From Ferroglobus placidus DSM 10642 (lineage in GTDB: Archaea; Halobacteriota; Archaeoglobi; Archaeoglobales; Archaeoglobaceae): DNA of 32,000 nt. This document shows positions 1 through 9,394 of this stretch, in pieces; position 1 is the stretch's first letter; every line of letters starts with the position of its first letter. Under the pieces are notes generated by a model. It saw only the letters and a program-made list of their open reading frames with translations, had not been told where the DNA came from and made no database searches. The DNA is taken from positions 2,040,001-2,072,000 of the forward strand of contig NC_013849.1 of the NCBI RefSeq assembly GCF_000025505.1, in the 5' to 3' direction. Both the position numbers and the translations under genes were made by a program.

Positions 1-258
1 TGAAAATTTCCTCGTCGCTGTAAGCTTTTCCCTCTCTTATCACGTATCATGATGTTTCGCTGTCTTGTTATTAACGGTTACCCATTTCCAGCTAAAAACT
101 TAGAAAGATTTTTATAATGCTTCGAACAACAAACATGTAGCAGTTCATACTATAATTTTATTTAATGAAATTCTCAATTTATCATTATTAATTACAATTA
201 TGTTTATCCGAAAATATTAGGGGAATATATCTTGTGCAGCAAAATTTGAAATTCGAAC

Positions 259-2142
259 ATGATAAGTTACCACGAGACAGTAAACGAAATGTACGAGAGG
301 GTTAGGGAAGAGGAACTGAGTAACGTCGCGGACAGATACGAGGCGCAGAAATTAAAGTGCTCCTTCTGCGCTCAGGGTTTGAGCTGCCAGCTTTGCACAA
401 TGGGTCCCTGCAGGCTTAGCGATCTAAATCCCTTTGGAGCTTGTGGACTGACGAAAGCTGGAGTAGCTGTCAGAAATTTCGTTCACAGAAACATTCTCGG
501 AGCTTCAGCCTACACCTACCATGCCATTGAGGCTGCAAAGACTCTTAAGGCAACGGCTGAAGGTAAAACTCCCTTCGAAATTAGGGATGTGGAGAAGCTG
601 AAGTGGTTCGCAGAACAGCTTGGGATAGACACGAGCAAAGATGTAAAAGAGATAGCCAAAGAAGTGGCTGATTTTGTGATTAAAGATCTGAGCTCTCACG
701 AGAAGAGCAAGCTTGTGGAAATTTTCGCTCCAAAGAAAAGGCTTGAAGTTTGGGAAAAGCTTGGATTAATTCCAGATGGTGTTTTTCAGGAGTTACTCAC
801 CGCAGCAACTTCCGCTATGACCAATGTAGACTCAAATTACGTCAGTCTGGCTAAGAAGGCTATGAGAATGAGTATTTCAACGATTCTGGCTGCTCAGCTT
901 TCCCTCGAAATAATTCAAGACGTACTTTTCGGAACTCCAACGCCGCATGAGGCTTACGTAGATCTGGGTATTCTCGATCCCGACTACGTGAATATCGTTG
1001 TAAACGGGCACGAGCCTTTCGTTGGAATGGCTCTCATAAAGCTTGCGGAGAGAGAAGACGTTCAGAGAAAGGCAATTGAAGCTGGGGCTAAAGGTTTGAG
1101 AATAGTCGGTTCGATAGAGACTGGACAGGAAATTCTTCAGCGAGTGGAATCTCCTGTCTTCGTCGGTCTGACGGGAAACTGGATTACCCAAGAATTCCTA
1201 CTTGCCACCGGAGCAGTTGATGTGTTTGCCGCAGACATGAACTGCACGGTGCCGAGAATAGTGGACTATCAAGAGAAATTTAAATTCAAAATAGTTCCGG
1301 TAAGCAAATTAATCAGACTCGAAGGAATCGACAGCGGACTCGATTACGAGCCGGAAAAAGTTGAAGAAATTGCGAAGAAGATTATCGACCTGGCTATAGA
1401 AACCTTCAAGGAAAGAAGAAAGAGCGTCGAGCCGAGAGTTCCAAAGAGAAAGCAGAAGGTTCTCGTAGGATTCTCAACTGAAGCCATTCTTAAAGCTTTG
1501 GACAACGATCTCGGAAAGCTTGTAGAGGCTATAAAAAGCGGAGCCATAAAAGGGGTAGTCGCTTTAGTTAGCTGTGCAACACTGAAAAATGGAAAGCAGG
1601 ATGAAAACACCGTCACAGTTGCTAAAGAACTGATTAAGAGAGACATACTCGTGCTATCGATGGGTTGCGGAAATGCTGCTTTGCAAGTAGCTGGATTAAC
1701 GAGCTTGGATGCTATTAAAGAGGCTGGCGAGGGACTCAGAAAAGTTTGCGAAAGTCTTGGAATTCCTCCAGTCCTCAGCTTTGGAACCTGCACGGACACC
1801 GGAAGACTTGCTTACCTCGTTAAAGTTCTGGCGGATTACTTGGGAGTGGACATTCCCCAGCTTCCGATAGCAGCTACGGCTCCAGAATACATGGAGCAAA
1901 AGGCTACGATCGATGCAATATTTGCGATAGCCTACGGAGTAACAACCCATGTCTCTCCAGTTCCACCGATAACCGGAAGCGAAGAGGCTGTCAAACTTCT
2001 TACTGAGGATGTCGAAAAACTGACGGGAGGAAAAGTCATCGTGGAGGAAGATCCGGTAAAAGCCGCTGAAAAGATATACGAAGCGATAATGGAGAAAAGA
2101 AGAGAACTCGGACTTGAGGTTGAGGTTAAAACGAAGAAGTAA
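259..2142 (+). CDS. cooS: Anaerobic Ni-dependent carbon-monoxide dehydrogenase, catalytic subunit (CooS type)
   Basis: 627-aa ORF. The N-terminal Cys cluster CSFCAQGLSCQLCTMGPC and the overall length and layout are typical of CooS/CdhA-type CODH. AT-rich upstream region. Confidence 0.9.
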   Translation: MISYHETVNEMYERVREEELSNVADRYEAQKLKCSFCAQGLSCQLCTMGPCRLSDLNPFGACGLTKAGVAVRNFVHRNILGASAYTYHAIEAAKTLKATAEGKTPFEIRDVEKLKWFAEQLGIDTSKDVKEIAKEVADFVIKDLSSHEKSKLVEIFAPKKRLEVWEKLGLIPDGVFQELLTAATSAMTNVDSNYVSLAKKAMRMSISTILAAQLSLEIIQDVLFGTPTPHEAYVDLGILDPDYVNIVVNGHEPFVGMALIKLAEREDVQRKAIEAGAKGLRIVGSIETGQEILQRVESPVFVGLTGNWITQEFLLATGAVDVFAADMNCTVPRIVDYQEKFKFKIVPVSKLIRLEGIDSGLDYEPEKVEEIAKKIIDLAIETFKERRKSVEPRVPKRKQKVLVGFSTEAILKALDNDLGKLVEAIKSGAIKGVVALVSCATLKNGKQDENTVTVAKELIKRDILVLSMGCGNAALQVAGLTSLDAIKEAGEGLRKVCESLGIPPVLSFGTCTDTGRLAYLVKVLADYLGVDIPQLPIAATAPEYMEQKATIDAIFAIAYGVTTHVSPVPPITGSEEAVKLLTEDVEKLTGGKVIVEEDPVKAAEKIYEAIMEKRRELGLEVEVKTKK

Positions 2143-2160
2143 TTTTTCCCATTTTTTATC
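2143..2160 (+). terminator. Oligo-T tract directly after the cooS stop (archaeal-type terminator candidate)
   Basis: tttttcccatttttta follows the stop codon. Archaeal RNA polymerase terminates at T runs. Not tested. Confidence 0.3.
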
Positions 2161-2371
2161 GTCCCAACAATTGGTTTATGAGGGTGCGTCCAAGCGTAGG
2201 TTGACAATAACTTAATCGTTACAGAATTAAGGATGGGGAAAGTTTACTAACTCTGGGATTTAGATAAGAGAGCAGGCATAATCTGTTACACGCCCGAAGA
2301 GTTTGAAGAAAAGAAAAATTAATTCCCTCGTTTTCGTTGACTTTCCGAAGAAGGAGAAGAGAACGTTTGTG

Positions 2372-2584
2372 TTAACCACCAGAAATGTATCTTTTTTCAA
2401 GGTATTCGCCCCTGCCTTTCTTTGCCTTTCTCCCAAGCTCTACTGCATCGTCCTCAGTAAGTTCGGAATTTTTCAGCAATTCGTTTACCCATCTCAGCTC
2501 GTCTATTCTACCTACTACAATCTCGGCGATGCGTTTAGCTACCTCCTCGCTCACGTTTGGAGGAACTTTGATTTTGATTTCCAT
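2372..2584 (-). CDS. Small hypothetical protein, 70 aa from the ATG, charged and helical; possible antitoxin-like protein
   Basis: The ORF track gives 2372..2599 from a TTG. An internal ATG at 2584 is preceded by gtga. The composition (MEIKIKVPPNVSEEVAKRIAEIVV...) looks like a real protein, unlike the two low-complexity + strand ORFs that overlap it. Confidence 0.4.
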   Translation of the reverse strand: MEIKIKVPPNVSEEVAKRIAEIVVGRIDELRWVNELLKNSELTEDDAVELGRKAKKGRGEYLEKRYISGG

Positions 2585-2658
2585 TGCATTCACTTTCAAC
2601 TTGCGATTATTAAAATCTTCTCCCCTTTCTTAAGAAGAGAGAAAAGATGACATCCGAT

Positions 2659-3000
2659 CTAAATTTTTAACCGCCTGAGCTTTTCTATTCCTGCTCTTAG
2701 CCTCTCTTCTTCTTTCATCTCAGCCAGTTTTCTCAGCTCTCTTTCTACGTCAAGCTCCTGTCCGATTAAGTTTTCCTGCTCCATCGGATCTCTTCTGATG
2801 TTGTATAACTCATCTTCTCTGTCCGGATTGACTATCAGCTTCCACTCCTCATCTCTCACCGTAACTCTGTAACCTTCTTCGAGTTTGTTCTCGACTATCG
2901 GTGGTGTGTATTCGACATCCTCAAGCAAGATTGGCTGAAGAAACTTTGTAATTAAGGCAAAACTGACGAGGAAAGAACATGAAAAATTTTTTCGCTGCAT
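2659..3000 (-). pseudogene. 3' fragment of a sulfatase-like (alkaline-phosphatase superfamily) gene; the 5' part is missing
   Basis: The translation ends ...EDELYNIRRDPMEQENLIGQELDVERELRKLAEMKEEERLRAGIEKLRRLKI. ELYNxxxDPxExxNL is the classic sulfatase C-terminal motif. It parallels the C-terminus of the 25388..26827 gene. The upstream part is replaced by the glmS 3' end at 3010. Confidence 0.7.
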
Positions 3001-3009
3001 TTTAAATCA

Positions 3010-4785
3010 TTACTCGACGGTGACGCTTTTAGCCAAGTTTCTTGGCTTGTCTATTTCGCATCCTCTTTCTCTTGCGGTGTAATAGGCTAATAGCTGCAAA
3101 GCAACCGAATGAGTAACTGCTGAAAATATCGGATTTGTCTTCGGAACTCTTATAACAAAGTCAGCATACTTCTCTACTTCTTTATCCTCTTCATCTGCAA
3201 CGACAACGACAATCGAATCTCTCGCTTTCACCTCTTTTATGTTATTTAGCATGATTTCGTAGGTGTGGTCTCTAACTAAACTCGCCACAACCGGAGTTTT
3301 TTCTCCAAGCAAAGCGAATGGTCCATGCTTTAGCTCTCCAGCCGGATAACCTTCAGCGTGAATGTAGGAGACCTCTTTCATTTTTAGAGCTCCTTCAAGT
3401 GCTACGGGTCCTCCAACCTCCCTTCCTATATATATTAGATTCTCGTACTTTGCCAAAAGCTTCGAAATTCTCTCAATTTCCTCCTTGCTATCGAGTATTC
3501 TCTTCACAACTTCTGGGAGAAGTCTCAGTTCTTTAAGAAGTTCTACTTTCTCGGATCTCGGAATGTGAGAGAGCTTTAAAGTTATCAAATACAAAACTAC
3601 CAGCTGGGCGATGAATGACTTCGTAGCAGCAACGCTTATCTCCGGACCAGCTCTCGTGTAAAGTACGAAGTCAGCAATTCTCGTGGCTGTGCTTCCGAGA
3701 ACATTTGTTATCGTCAGAACTTTAGCTCCTCTCTTTTTCGCTATCCTCATAGCTTCAAGCGTATCTGCAGTTTCTCCAGACTGGGTTATGCTGATAACAA
3801 GAGTCCTTCCCGTCGGAGGTTGATGATAAATGAATTCAGAAGCGTATTCAACTTTAGCAGAAATATCAGCAAGTTTTTCTATGAAGTATTTTCCAATCAG
3901 ACAGGCGTGATAGGATGTTCCGCATGCGACGAAAACTATTTCGGAAACTCCAAACGCAAAGCTGGCGTCGATCGTAATTTCATCGTCCAAATATTCAGAA
4001 AGCGTATCTTCGATGACTCTTGGTGTTTCGTGAATTTCTTTAAGCATGAAGTGCTCGTAACCACCTTTTTCCGCATCCTCTATGCTCCACGGGATTATCT
4101 CAATCTTCCTGTCAATCTCCTTTCCGTCGTGGAAGATTGTATAACCACCATTGTGAATTCGCAATACATCCCCATCTTCAAGGTAAACGACTCTCTTCGT
4201 GTAATCAAGAATTGCCGGGACGTCCGAGGCTATTATGTACTCCTCATCTCCCACCCCCAAAACGAGGGGACTTTTGTGTCTTGCAGCAACGAGTTCATCC
4301 TTCTCGGCATGCAAAGCCACTATGGCGTAAGAACCTCTAACTTTTTCCAGAGCTTTCATCACCGCACTCAACAAATCTCCGCTGTAGTTTTCCTCGATCA
4401 AATGGGCAATAACTTCCGTATCTGTTTCAGACTTAAAAACATGCCCCCTTTTTTCCAACTCCTCTTTAAGAGACTGGAAGTTTGAGATTATGCCGTTGTG
4501 AACGATAGCTATCTTTCCACTGCAGTCCGTATGGGGATGAGCGTTTTTCTCGGAAGGTTTTCCGTGGGTAGCCCACCTCGTGTGACCGATTCCTATCTTT
4601 CCGTTACCAACATCGTAAGCTTCAACGTCTCCGATTGCTCCAACCTTTTTGATCAATTTTAATTCGTTTCCTTCTTTAACGGCGACTCCCCAAGAATCGT
4701 AGCCACGATATTCAAGCCTTTTGAGGGAGGAAATTATGACGCTGTCAGCTTTTCTAAAACCAATGTATCCAACTATCCCGCACAT
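3010..4785 (-). CDS. glmS: Glutamine--fructose-6-phosphate aminotransferase (isomerising)
   Basis: 591 aa. N-terminal MCGIVGYIG with a Cys nucleophile, two SIS-type domains, and the C-terminal ...KSVTVE. Confidence 0.95.
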   Translation of the reverse strand: MCGIVGYIGFRKADSVIISSLKRLEYRGYDSWGVAVKEGNELKLIKKVGAIGDVEAYDVGNGKIGIGHTRWATHGKPSEKNAHPHTDCSGKIAIVHNGIISNFQSLKEELEKRGHVFKSETDTEVIAHLIEENYSGDLLSAVMKALEKVRGSYAIVALHAEKDELVAARHKSPLVLGVGDEEYIIASDVPAILDYTKRVVYLEDGDVLRIHNGGYTIFHDGKEIDRKIEIIPWSIEDAEKGGYEHFMLKEIHETPRVIEDTLSEYLDDEITIDASFAFGVSEIVFVACGTSYHACLIGKYFIEKLADISAKVEYASEFIYHQPPTGRTLVISITQSGETADTLEAMRIAKKRGAKVLTITNVLGSTATRIADFVLYTRAGPEISVAATKSFIAQLVVLYLITLKLSHIPRSEKVELLKELRLLPEVVKRILDSKEEIERISKLLAKYENLIYIGREVGGPVALEGALKMKEVSYIHAEGYPAGELKHGPFALLGEKTPVVASLVRDHTYEIMLNNIKEVKARDSIVVVVADEEDKEVEKYADFVIRVPKTNPIFSAVTHSVALQLLAYYTARERGCEIDKPRNLAKSVTVE

Positions 4786-5958
4786 TCACAACACCTTCGC
4801 CACATCATCAATCTTTCCGCAGATAACTTTCAGCGGAGCGATCTCGCATCTATTGCCTATAACTGCTCCACCTCTCAAAACGCTACCAGCTCCTATTTTG
4901 CACCCTTCACCAACGAACGCTCCAGATTTTACTTTGCGAAGCTCGCCATCCACTTTTACCTCGGCGCTCTCGCTTATAGTAACAATTTTCGGCTCAAATA
5001 TCGTTCCAGAATCGATCACTGAATCTCTAACGTAGCTATCAGCTCCAATAACAACGTTCTCCCCGATAACGCAGTTTTCAATTCTGCAGAACTCTTCCAC
5101 TTTTGTGTTATCTCCTATTGAGGTGGAGGGAAGAATTACGCTGTTAGCTCCTATCTCGGAGTTCACTCCTATAATAACGGGACCTTTTATGAAAGATCCG
5201 CTCCTGATTATACTTCCCTCACCAATGACAACATCTCCAACAATTGTTACTCCGCTCTCTACTTTTCCGGCTATACTCTTCCCTTTATGTTTCAAAGCAA
5301 GATCGTTAACCTTCAGAATATCCCAAGGATAAACAATATCGAGCCAAAGTCCTTTGCTTTCCACGGTAAAGAAATCAATTCCGCTTTCGATCATCACGTT
5401 AACGACGTTAGTAAGGTCTCTCTCGTCTCCTATAAATTCGAAAATCCTATCATCGAGCAAATATATTCCAGTGCTTGCGAGATAACTTACTTCCTCCTCT
5501 GGTTTTTCGATTATCCTCTTTACTTTTCCATTTTCAACCTCCAAAACCCCGTACTTTGTCGGCTCTTCAACCACTTTGTAAACAACCGAAAACGTGTCGT
5601 AGGATAAAACGTCTTTTAGAGTTTCCGAATCGATAATGTTGTCCCCCGGAAGCACGAGGAATTTTCCTTCAACGAGATCTTTTGCCTGTTTTAAAGCGTG
5701 AGCTGTTCCAAGCTGCTGTTTCTGTGTAACGTACTCGATTTTCACACCAAATTTCTCACCGTTGCCGAAGTAATCTATCACCCTCTCCTTTTTGTAACCA
5801 ACTACCATTACGATCTCTCTTATTCCAGCTTCCTTTAGAGCGTCAACGACGTACTCCAGAATTGGTTTGTTCCCGACTTTTATCATAACCTTCGGTTTGT
5901 TAGCCGTAAAAGGGCGCAGCCTCTGCCCTTCTCCCGCTGCAAGAATAACAGCCTTCAT
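4786..5958 (-). CDS. Bifunctional sugar-1-phosphate nucleotidylyltransferase / left-handed beta-helix acetyltransferase (archaeal GlmU-like)
   Basis: 390 aa. N-terminal LAAGEGQRLRPFT...KP nucleotidyltransferase signature and C-terminal hexapeptide repeats. Its TGA stop abuts the glmS ATG (tgaatg). Confidence 0.85.
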   Translation of the reverse strand: MKAVILAAGEGQRLRPFTANKPKVMIKVGNKPILEYVVDALKEAGIREIVMVVGYKKERVIDYFGNGEKFGVKIEYVTQKQQLGTAHALKQAKDLVEGKFLVLPGDNIIDSETLKDVLSYDTFSVVYKVVEEPTKYGVLEVENGKVKRIIEKPEEEVSYLASTGIYLLDDRIFEFIGDERDLTNVVNVMIESGIDFFTVESKGLWLDIVYPWDILKVNDLALKHKGKSIAGKVESGVTIVGDVVIGEGSIIRSGSFIKGPVIIGVNSEIGANSVILPSTSIGDNTKVEEFCRIENCVIGENVVIGADSYVRDSVIDSGTIFEPKIVTISESAEVKVDGELRKVKSGAFVGEGCKIGAGSVLRGGAVIGNRCEIAPLKVICGKIDDVAKVL

Positions 5959-5967
5959 ACAAACACC

Positions 5968-7176
5968 TCAAAATATGACGGAATTTGGCTCAACGTAACC
6001 GTCAACAACAGCTCCCGGGGCTATGAAAACGTTATTACCGATCATGGATCCGACGTTAATCGAGACGTTGATTCCGGTCTTAACGTTATCTCCGATTACT
6101 GCTCCGAATTTCTTTCTACCGGTTTTTACAACTTTTCCCTTAACAGCTACGCTTATCTCTCTCTCATCAAGCCTCAAATTCGCTATCTTCGTCCCGGCTC
6201 CAAGATTGCAGTTCTCCCCGATTATCGAATCTCCTACGTAGTTGTGGTGAGGTGCGTTCGAATTTCTCATGATTATCGAGTTTTTTACTTCTACAGCATT
6301 TCCCACATGGCAGTTATCGCCGATGGACGTGTAGGGGCGAATGTAACAGTTTGGTCCGATTTTACAGTTTTTTCCTATGATCGTTGGACCTACGATGTAA
6401 GCTCCGCTCATAACAACGCTCCCCTCTCCTATCACGACGTTACCCTTTATCACAGCCCCCTCTTCAACCTCACCTTCAATCCTTCTCTCGATTCCAGAAA
6501 GGAGGATTTTGTTCGCCTCAAGCAGGTCCCAAGGGTAGCCGACGTCAATCCATTTCTCTATTTCAACAGCTTTAAATTTCAAACCTCTTTTAACAGCTGC
6601 CGTTATCGGGTCGGTTATCTCGTATTCGCCTCTAACGGAAAGTTTCGTCTCTCTGACAAACTTCAAAATCTCATCGGTAAATACGTAAATTCCAGCATTT
6701 ATAAGGTTTGTCGGTGGGACATCGGGCTTTTCGATAATTTTCTTAACAAAACCTTCTTCAACTTCGACAACCCCGTAATTTTCCGGATTCTCAACTTTTT
6801 TCACAGCTATTGCCAAATCGTGATCGAGAAGCTTTTTTATTTCATCAGCAAAAACAATTGTGTCTCCGTTCAGCATGAGAAATCTTTCTTCAAGTAGATG
6901 CTCAGCAGACAATAAAGCGTGGGCTGTACCAAGCTGTTTAGCTTGCCTGACATATCTTATCCTAGCTCCTTTAAACCTCTCTCCAAAGTATTCTCTAATC
7001 GTCTCTTCTCTATATCCAACTACCAGAACGACCTCGTCTATTCCAGCATTAACGAGGTTTTCGATGGTGTGGTGAAGAATCGGTTTGTTCGCTACGGGAA
7101 GCATCACTTTTGGCTTCGTATACGTCAAAGGACGCATTCTCGTTCCTTCTCCGGCTGCCAGAACTACTGCCTGCAC
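5968..7176 (-). CDS. Second GlmU-like sugar-1-phosphate nucleotidylyltransferase / hexapeptide acyltransferase (tandem paralogue)
   Basis: 402 aa. LAAGEGTRMRPLT motif and a hexapeptide-repeat C-terminal half. GTG start at 7176. A GGTG sits in the 9-nt spacer to the downstream paralogue. Confidence 0.85.
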   Translation of the reverse strand: MQAVVLAAGEGTRMRPLTYTKPKVMLPVANKPILHHTIENLVNAGIDEVVLVVGYREETIREYFGERFKGARIRYVRQAKQLGTAHALLSAEHLLEERFLMLNGDTIVFADEIKKLLDHDLAIAVKKVENPENYGVVEVEEGFVKKIIEKPDVPPTNLINAGIYVFTDEILKFVRETKLSVRGEYEITDPITAAVKRGLKFKAVEIEKWIDVGYPWDLLEANKILLSGIERRIEGEVEEGAVIKGNVVIGEGSVVMSGAYIVGPTIIGKNCKIGPNCYIRPYTSIGDNCHVGNAVEVKNSIIMRNSNAPHHNYVGDSIIGENCNLGAGTKIANLRLDEREISVAVKGKVVKTGRKKFGAVIGDNVKTGINVSINVGSMIGNNVFIAPGAVVDGYVEPNSVIF

Positions 7177-7261
7177 AAATTATACTTATTGACTCAACAA
7201 TTATAAAGACCTTGCCCTAAAGATGAAATTATAAGTTTAAAAATAAATGTGAGGAGGTCAA
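7177..7261. promoter_or_regulatory. Divergent promoter region between the glm operon (-) and the diacetamido-sugar operon (+)
   Basis: 85-bp AT-rich spacer. On the - strand, tttataa (7199..7207 region) lies about 24 nt upstream of the GTG at 7176, suggesting a leaderless transcript. On the + strand, tttaaaaataaa (7236..7247) is followed by gaggaggt (7251..7258) and the ATG at 7262. Confidence 0.4.
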
Positions 7262-8347
7262 ATGATACCCGTAGCAACACCCATGATTGGTGAGGAGGAA
7301 ATTCAGGAAGTTGTAGAAGTCCTGAAATCTGGAATGATCGCTCAAGGAAAGCGTGTGGAGGAGTTTGAAAAGCTGTTTTCTGAGTACGTTGGAGTTGATT
7401 TTGCAGTAGCAGTGTCAAACGGCACAGCTGCTCTGGACATCGCTTTAAAAGCCTGCGGGATTGGAGAAGGAGATGAAGTTATAACGACGCCTTTCACATT
7501 CATAGCATCAGCCAACGCTATACTTTTCCAGAGAGCAAAGCCTGTTTTTGCCGACATTGAAGAAGACACATACAACATAAATCCGGAAGATGTTGTCGAA
7601 AAAATTACCCCGAGAACGAAAGCCATTATCGGAGTGCATCTCTTTGGACAGCCTTTCGATTTGAAATCAATTCTCGAAATCTGCGAGGATCACAATCTAA
7701 TTTTAATAGAGGACTGCGCTCAAGCCCACGGAGCTGAGTATGACGGAAAAAAGGTGGGAAGCTTCGGAGTTGGATGCTTTTCGTTTTACGCAACGAAGAA
7801 CATGACCACAGCGGAGGGTGGAATGATAACATCCAACGATGAAAGAATTGCAAAACTTTGTAAACTCTTGAGAAGCCACGGAGAAAGCAAAAAATACTTC
7901 CACGAAATTCTCGGGCATAACATGAGAATGACTGACATTCAGGCGGCCATAGGAATCGTACAGTTGAAAAAGCTTGACTGGATGAACGAGAGGAGAAGGA
8001 AAAACGCCGAATATTACAACAAAAATATTAAGGTTGAGGGTTTGAGGAAACCGAAAGAAAAGTACGGAAAACACGTTTACCATCAGTACGTTTTGTATCT
8101 CGAAGAAGATTTTCCGATGAGCAGGAACGAATTTTCACGGTATTTGGCGGAAAAAGGGATTAGTAACGCGGTACATTATCCAAAGCCGGTTTATCTGCAA
8201 CCACTCTACAAAAAACTGGGGTACGAAGAAGGGTTGTGTCCAGTGGCTGAAGAGACGGCGAAAAGGGTAATAAGTATTCCTGTGCATCCTTTACTGACAA
8301 GGAATGAACTTGAATACATCGTGATGACAATTAACAAAGTTATATGA
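7262..8347 (+). CDS. DegT/DnrJ/EryC1/StrS-family PLP sugar aminotransferase (WbpE-like)
   Basis: 361 aa. The ...FSFYATKNMTTAEGGM... motif has Lys in the PLP-binding position, and the architecture is typical of the family. Confidence 0.9.
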   Translation: MIPVATPMIGEEEIQEVVEVLKSGMIAQGKRVEEFEKLFSEYVGVDFAVAVSNGTAALDIALKACGIGEGDEVITTPFTFIASANAILFQRAKPVFADIEEDTYNINPEDVVEKITPRTKAIIGVHLFGQPFDLKSILEICEDHNLILIEDCAQAHGAEYDGKKVGSFGVGCFSFYATKNMTTAEGGMITSNDERIAKLCKLLRSHGESKKYFHEILGHNMRMTDIQAAIGIVQLKKLDWMNERRRKNAEYYNKNIKVEGLRKPKEKYGKHVYHQYVLYLEEDFPMSRNEFSRYLAEKGISNAVHYPKPVYLQPLYKKLGYEEGLCPVAEETAKRVISIPVHPLLTRNELEYIVMTINKVI

Positions 8348-8470
8348 TAATGATGACAATAATAAACTAAATTTTTCTGTATAGAAAAAGTTAAATACAG
8401 TAATTTCATTATTTTAATTATCAAGTCGTTATTGATATTGAAACTTGAAGGAGGTTTGGTGCAGCACAGA

Positions 8471-9394
8471 ATGATATTTGGGGTTTTGGGAGTAGGAGTA
8501 ATGGGGAAAAACCACGTTAGGGTTTTGAACGAGATAAAAAAAGTCGACGAGGTTGTCATTTACGATGCAAAAGATGAGAGGGTTAAAGAAGTTTCAAAAG
8601 AATTTGAGGTGACACCAGCGGCTTCGTTTGAAGAGTTTTTGAGCTATTGTGATGCAATTTCAATCTGCACGCCAACTTCTCAGCATTACGAGCATATAGC
8701 AAGATGCCTGAAAAACGGTAGGAGAGATAAATCGATATTTGTAGAAAAGCCGATAGCTTCCTGCTACAAGGAGGGTTTAGGGATTCTAAAGTTAATAAAA
8801 GGGAAAGAGCTCGTTTTCGGAGTAGGACACATAGAGCGATTCAATCCGATAATCAGAGAAATCTGCGATTTAGATGTGGAGATAGAGTATGTAGACATAA
8901 AAAGACACAATCCTTCTTCTTCAAGAGTAACCGACACGACCGTTGTTGAAGATTTAATGATACATGATATTGACATAGTTTTTAACGTGCTGTTACCAAA
9001 CAAAGACTTCAGACTTTCTGCAAGCGGAAACAAGAATATAATGCATATTCTTGCAAAGTTTGACGATACTGTAGTTTCCCTTTCAGCCAGTAGAATTTCC
9101 TCAAAGAAGATAAGAAAAATACACATCGAAAACCACAACCTGACTATCGAAGGAGATTACATGGATCAAGAGCTTTACATATTCAGAGGTCCTCAGATAT
9201 ATCGGACTGTAAACGAAAAATACGTTCAGGAAAATGTGATGGAGAAGGTGCTTATAAACAAAGTTGAACCACTGAAAGTTGAACTAAAATCATTTGTCGA
9301 TTGCGTTAACAGCGGAGAAGATTTCTCCGTCACAGCTGAACAAGCTGTAAACAACTTAAGAATATGTGAGCTCATATGGAAGAAAGCACGTTAG
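8471..9394 (+). CDS. Gfo/Idh/MocA-family NAD-dependent sugar oxidoreductase (WbpB-like)
   Basis: Rossmann N-terminus MIFGVLGVGVMGKNH plus an EKP motif. The ORF track starts at 8432 with an alternative codon. The ATG at 8471 or the GTG at 8459 (after ggagg at 8450..8454) is a more plausible start. Confidence 0.8.
   Translation: MIFGVLGVGVMGKNHVRVLNEIKKVDEVVIYDAKDERVKEVSKEFEVTPAASFEEFLSYCDAISICTPTSQHYEHIARCLKNGRRDKSIFVEKPIASCYKEGLGILKLIKGKELVFGVGHIERFNPIIREICDLDVEIEYVDIKRHNPSSSRVTDTTVVEDLMIHDIDIVFNVLLPNKDFRLSASGNKNIMHILAKFDDTVVSLSASRISSKKIRKIHIENHNLTIEGDYMDQELYIFRGPQIYRTVNEKYVQENVMEKVLINKVEPLKVELKSFVDCVNSGEDFSVTAEQAVNNLRICELIWKKAR

Noticed and set aside
1-50. Possible 5' end of a - strand gene leaving the left edge (GTG at 43 or ATG at about 50)
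   Set aside because: Only about 14 codons are visible and no motif is recognisable, so it cannot be supported.
1344-1799. Long antisense or off-frame ORFs inside strong genes (for example 1344..1799 -, 3820..4485 +, 6244..6897 +, 7703..8083 -, 29758..30084 -)
   Set aside because: They have low-complexity or Ser/Leu/Phe-rich translations, lie fully inside well-supported genes on the other strand, and have no motifs. They are shadow ORFs.
2251-2322. A short + strand frame, LWDLDKRAGIICYTPEEFEEKKN*, that resembles the C-terminus of a minimal nucleotidyltransferase (MNT-type toxin/antitoxin component)
   Set aside because: Only 23 codons, no start, and the resemblance rests on the YTPEEFE motif alone. 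It may be a remnant but is too weak to annotate.
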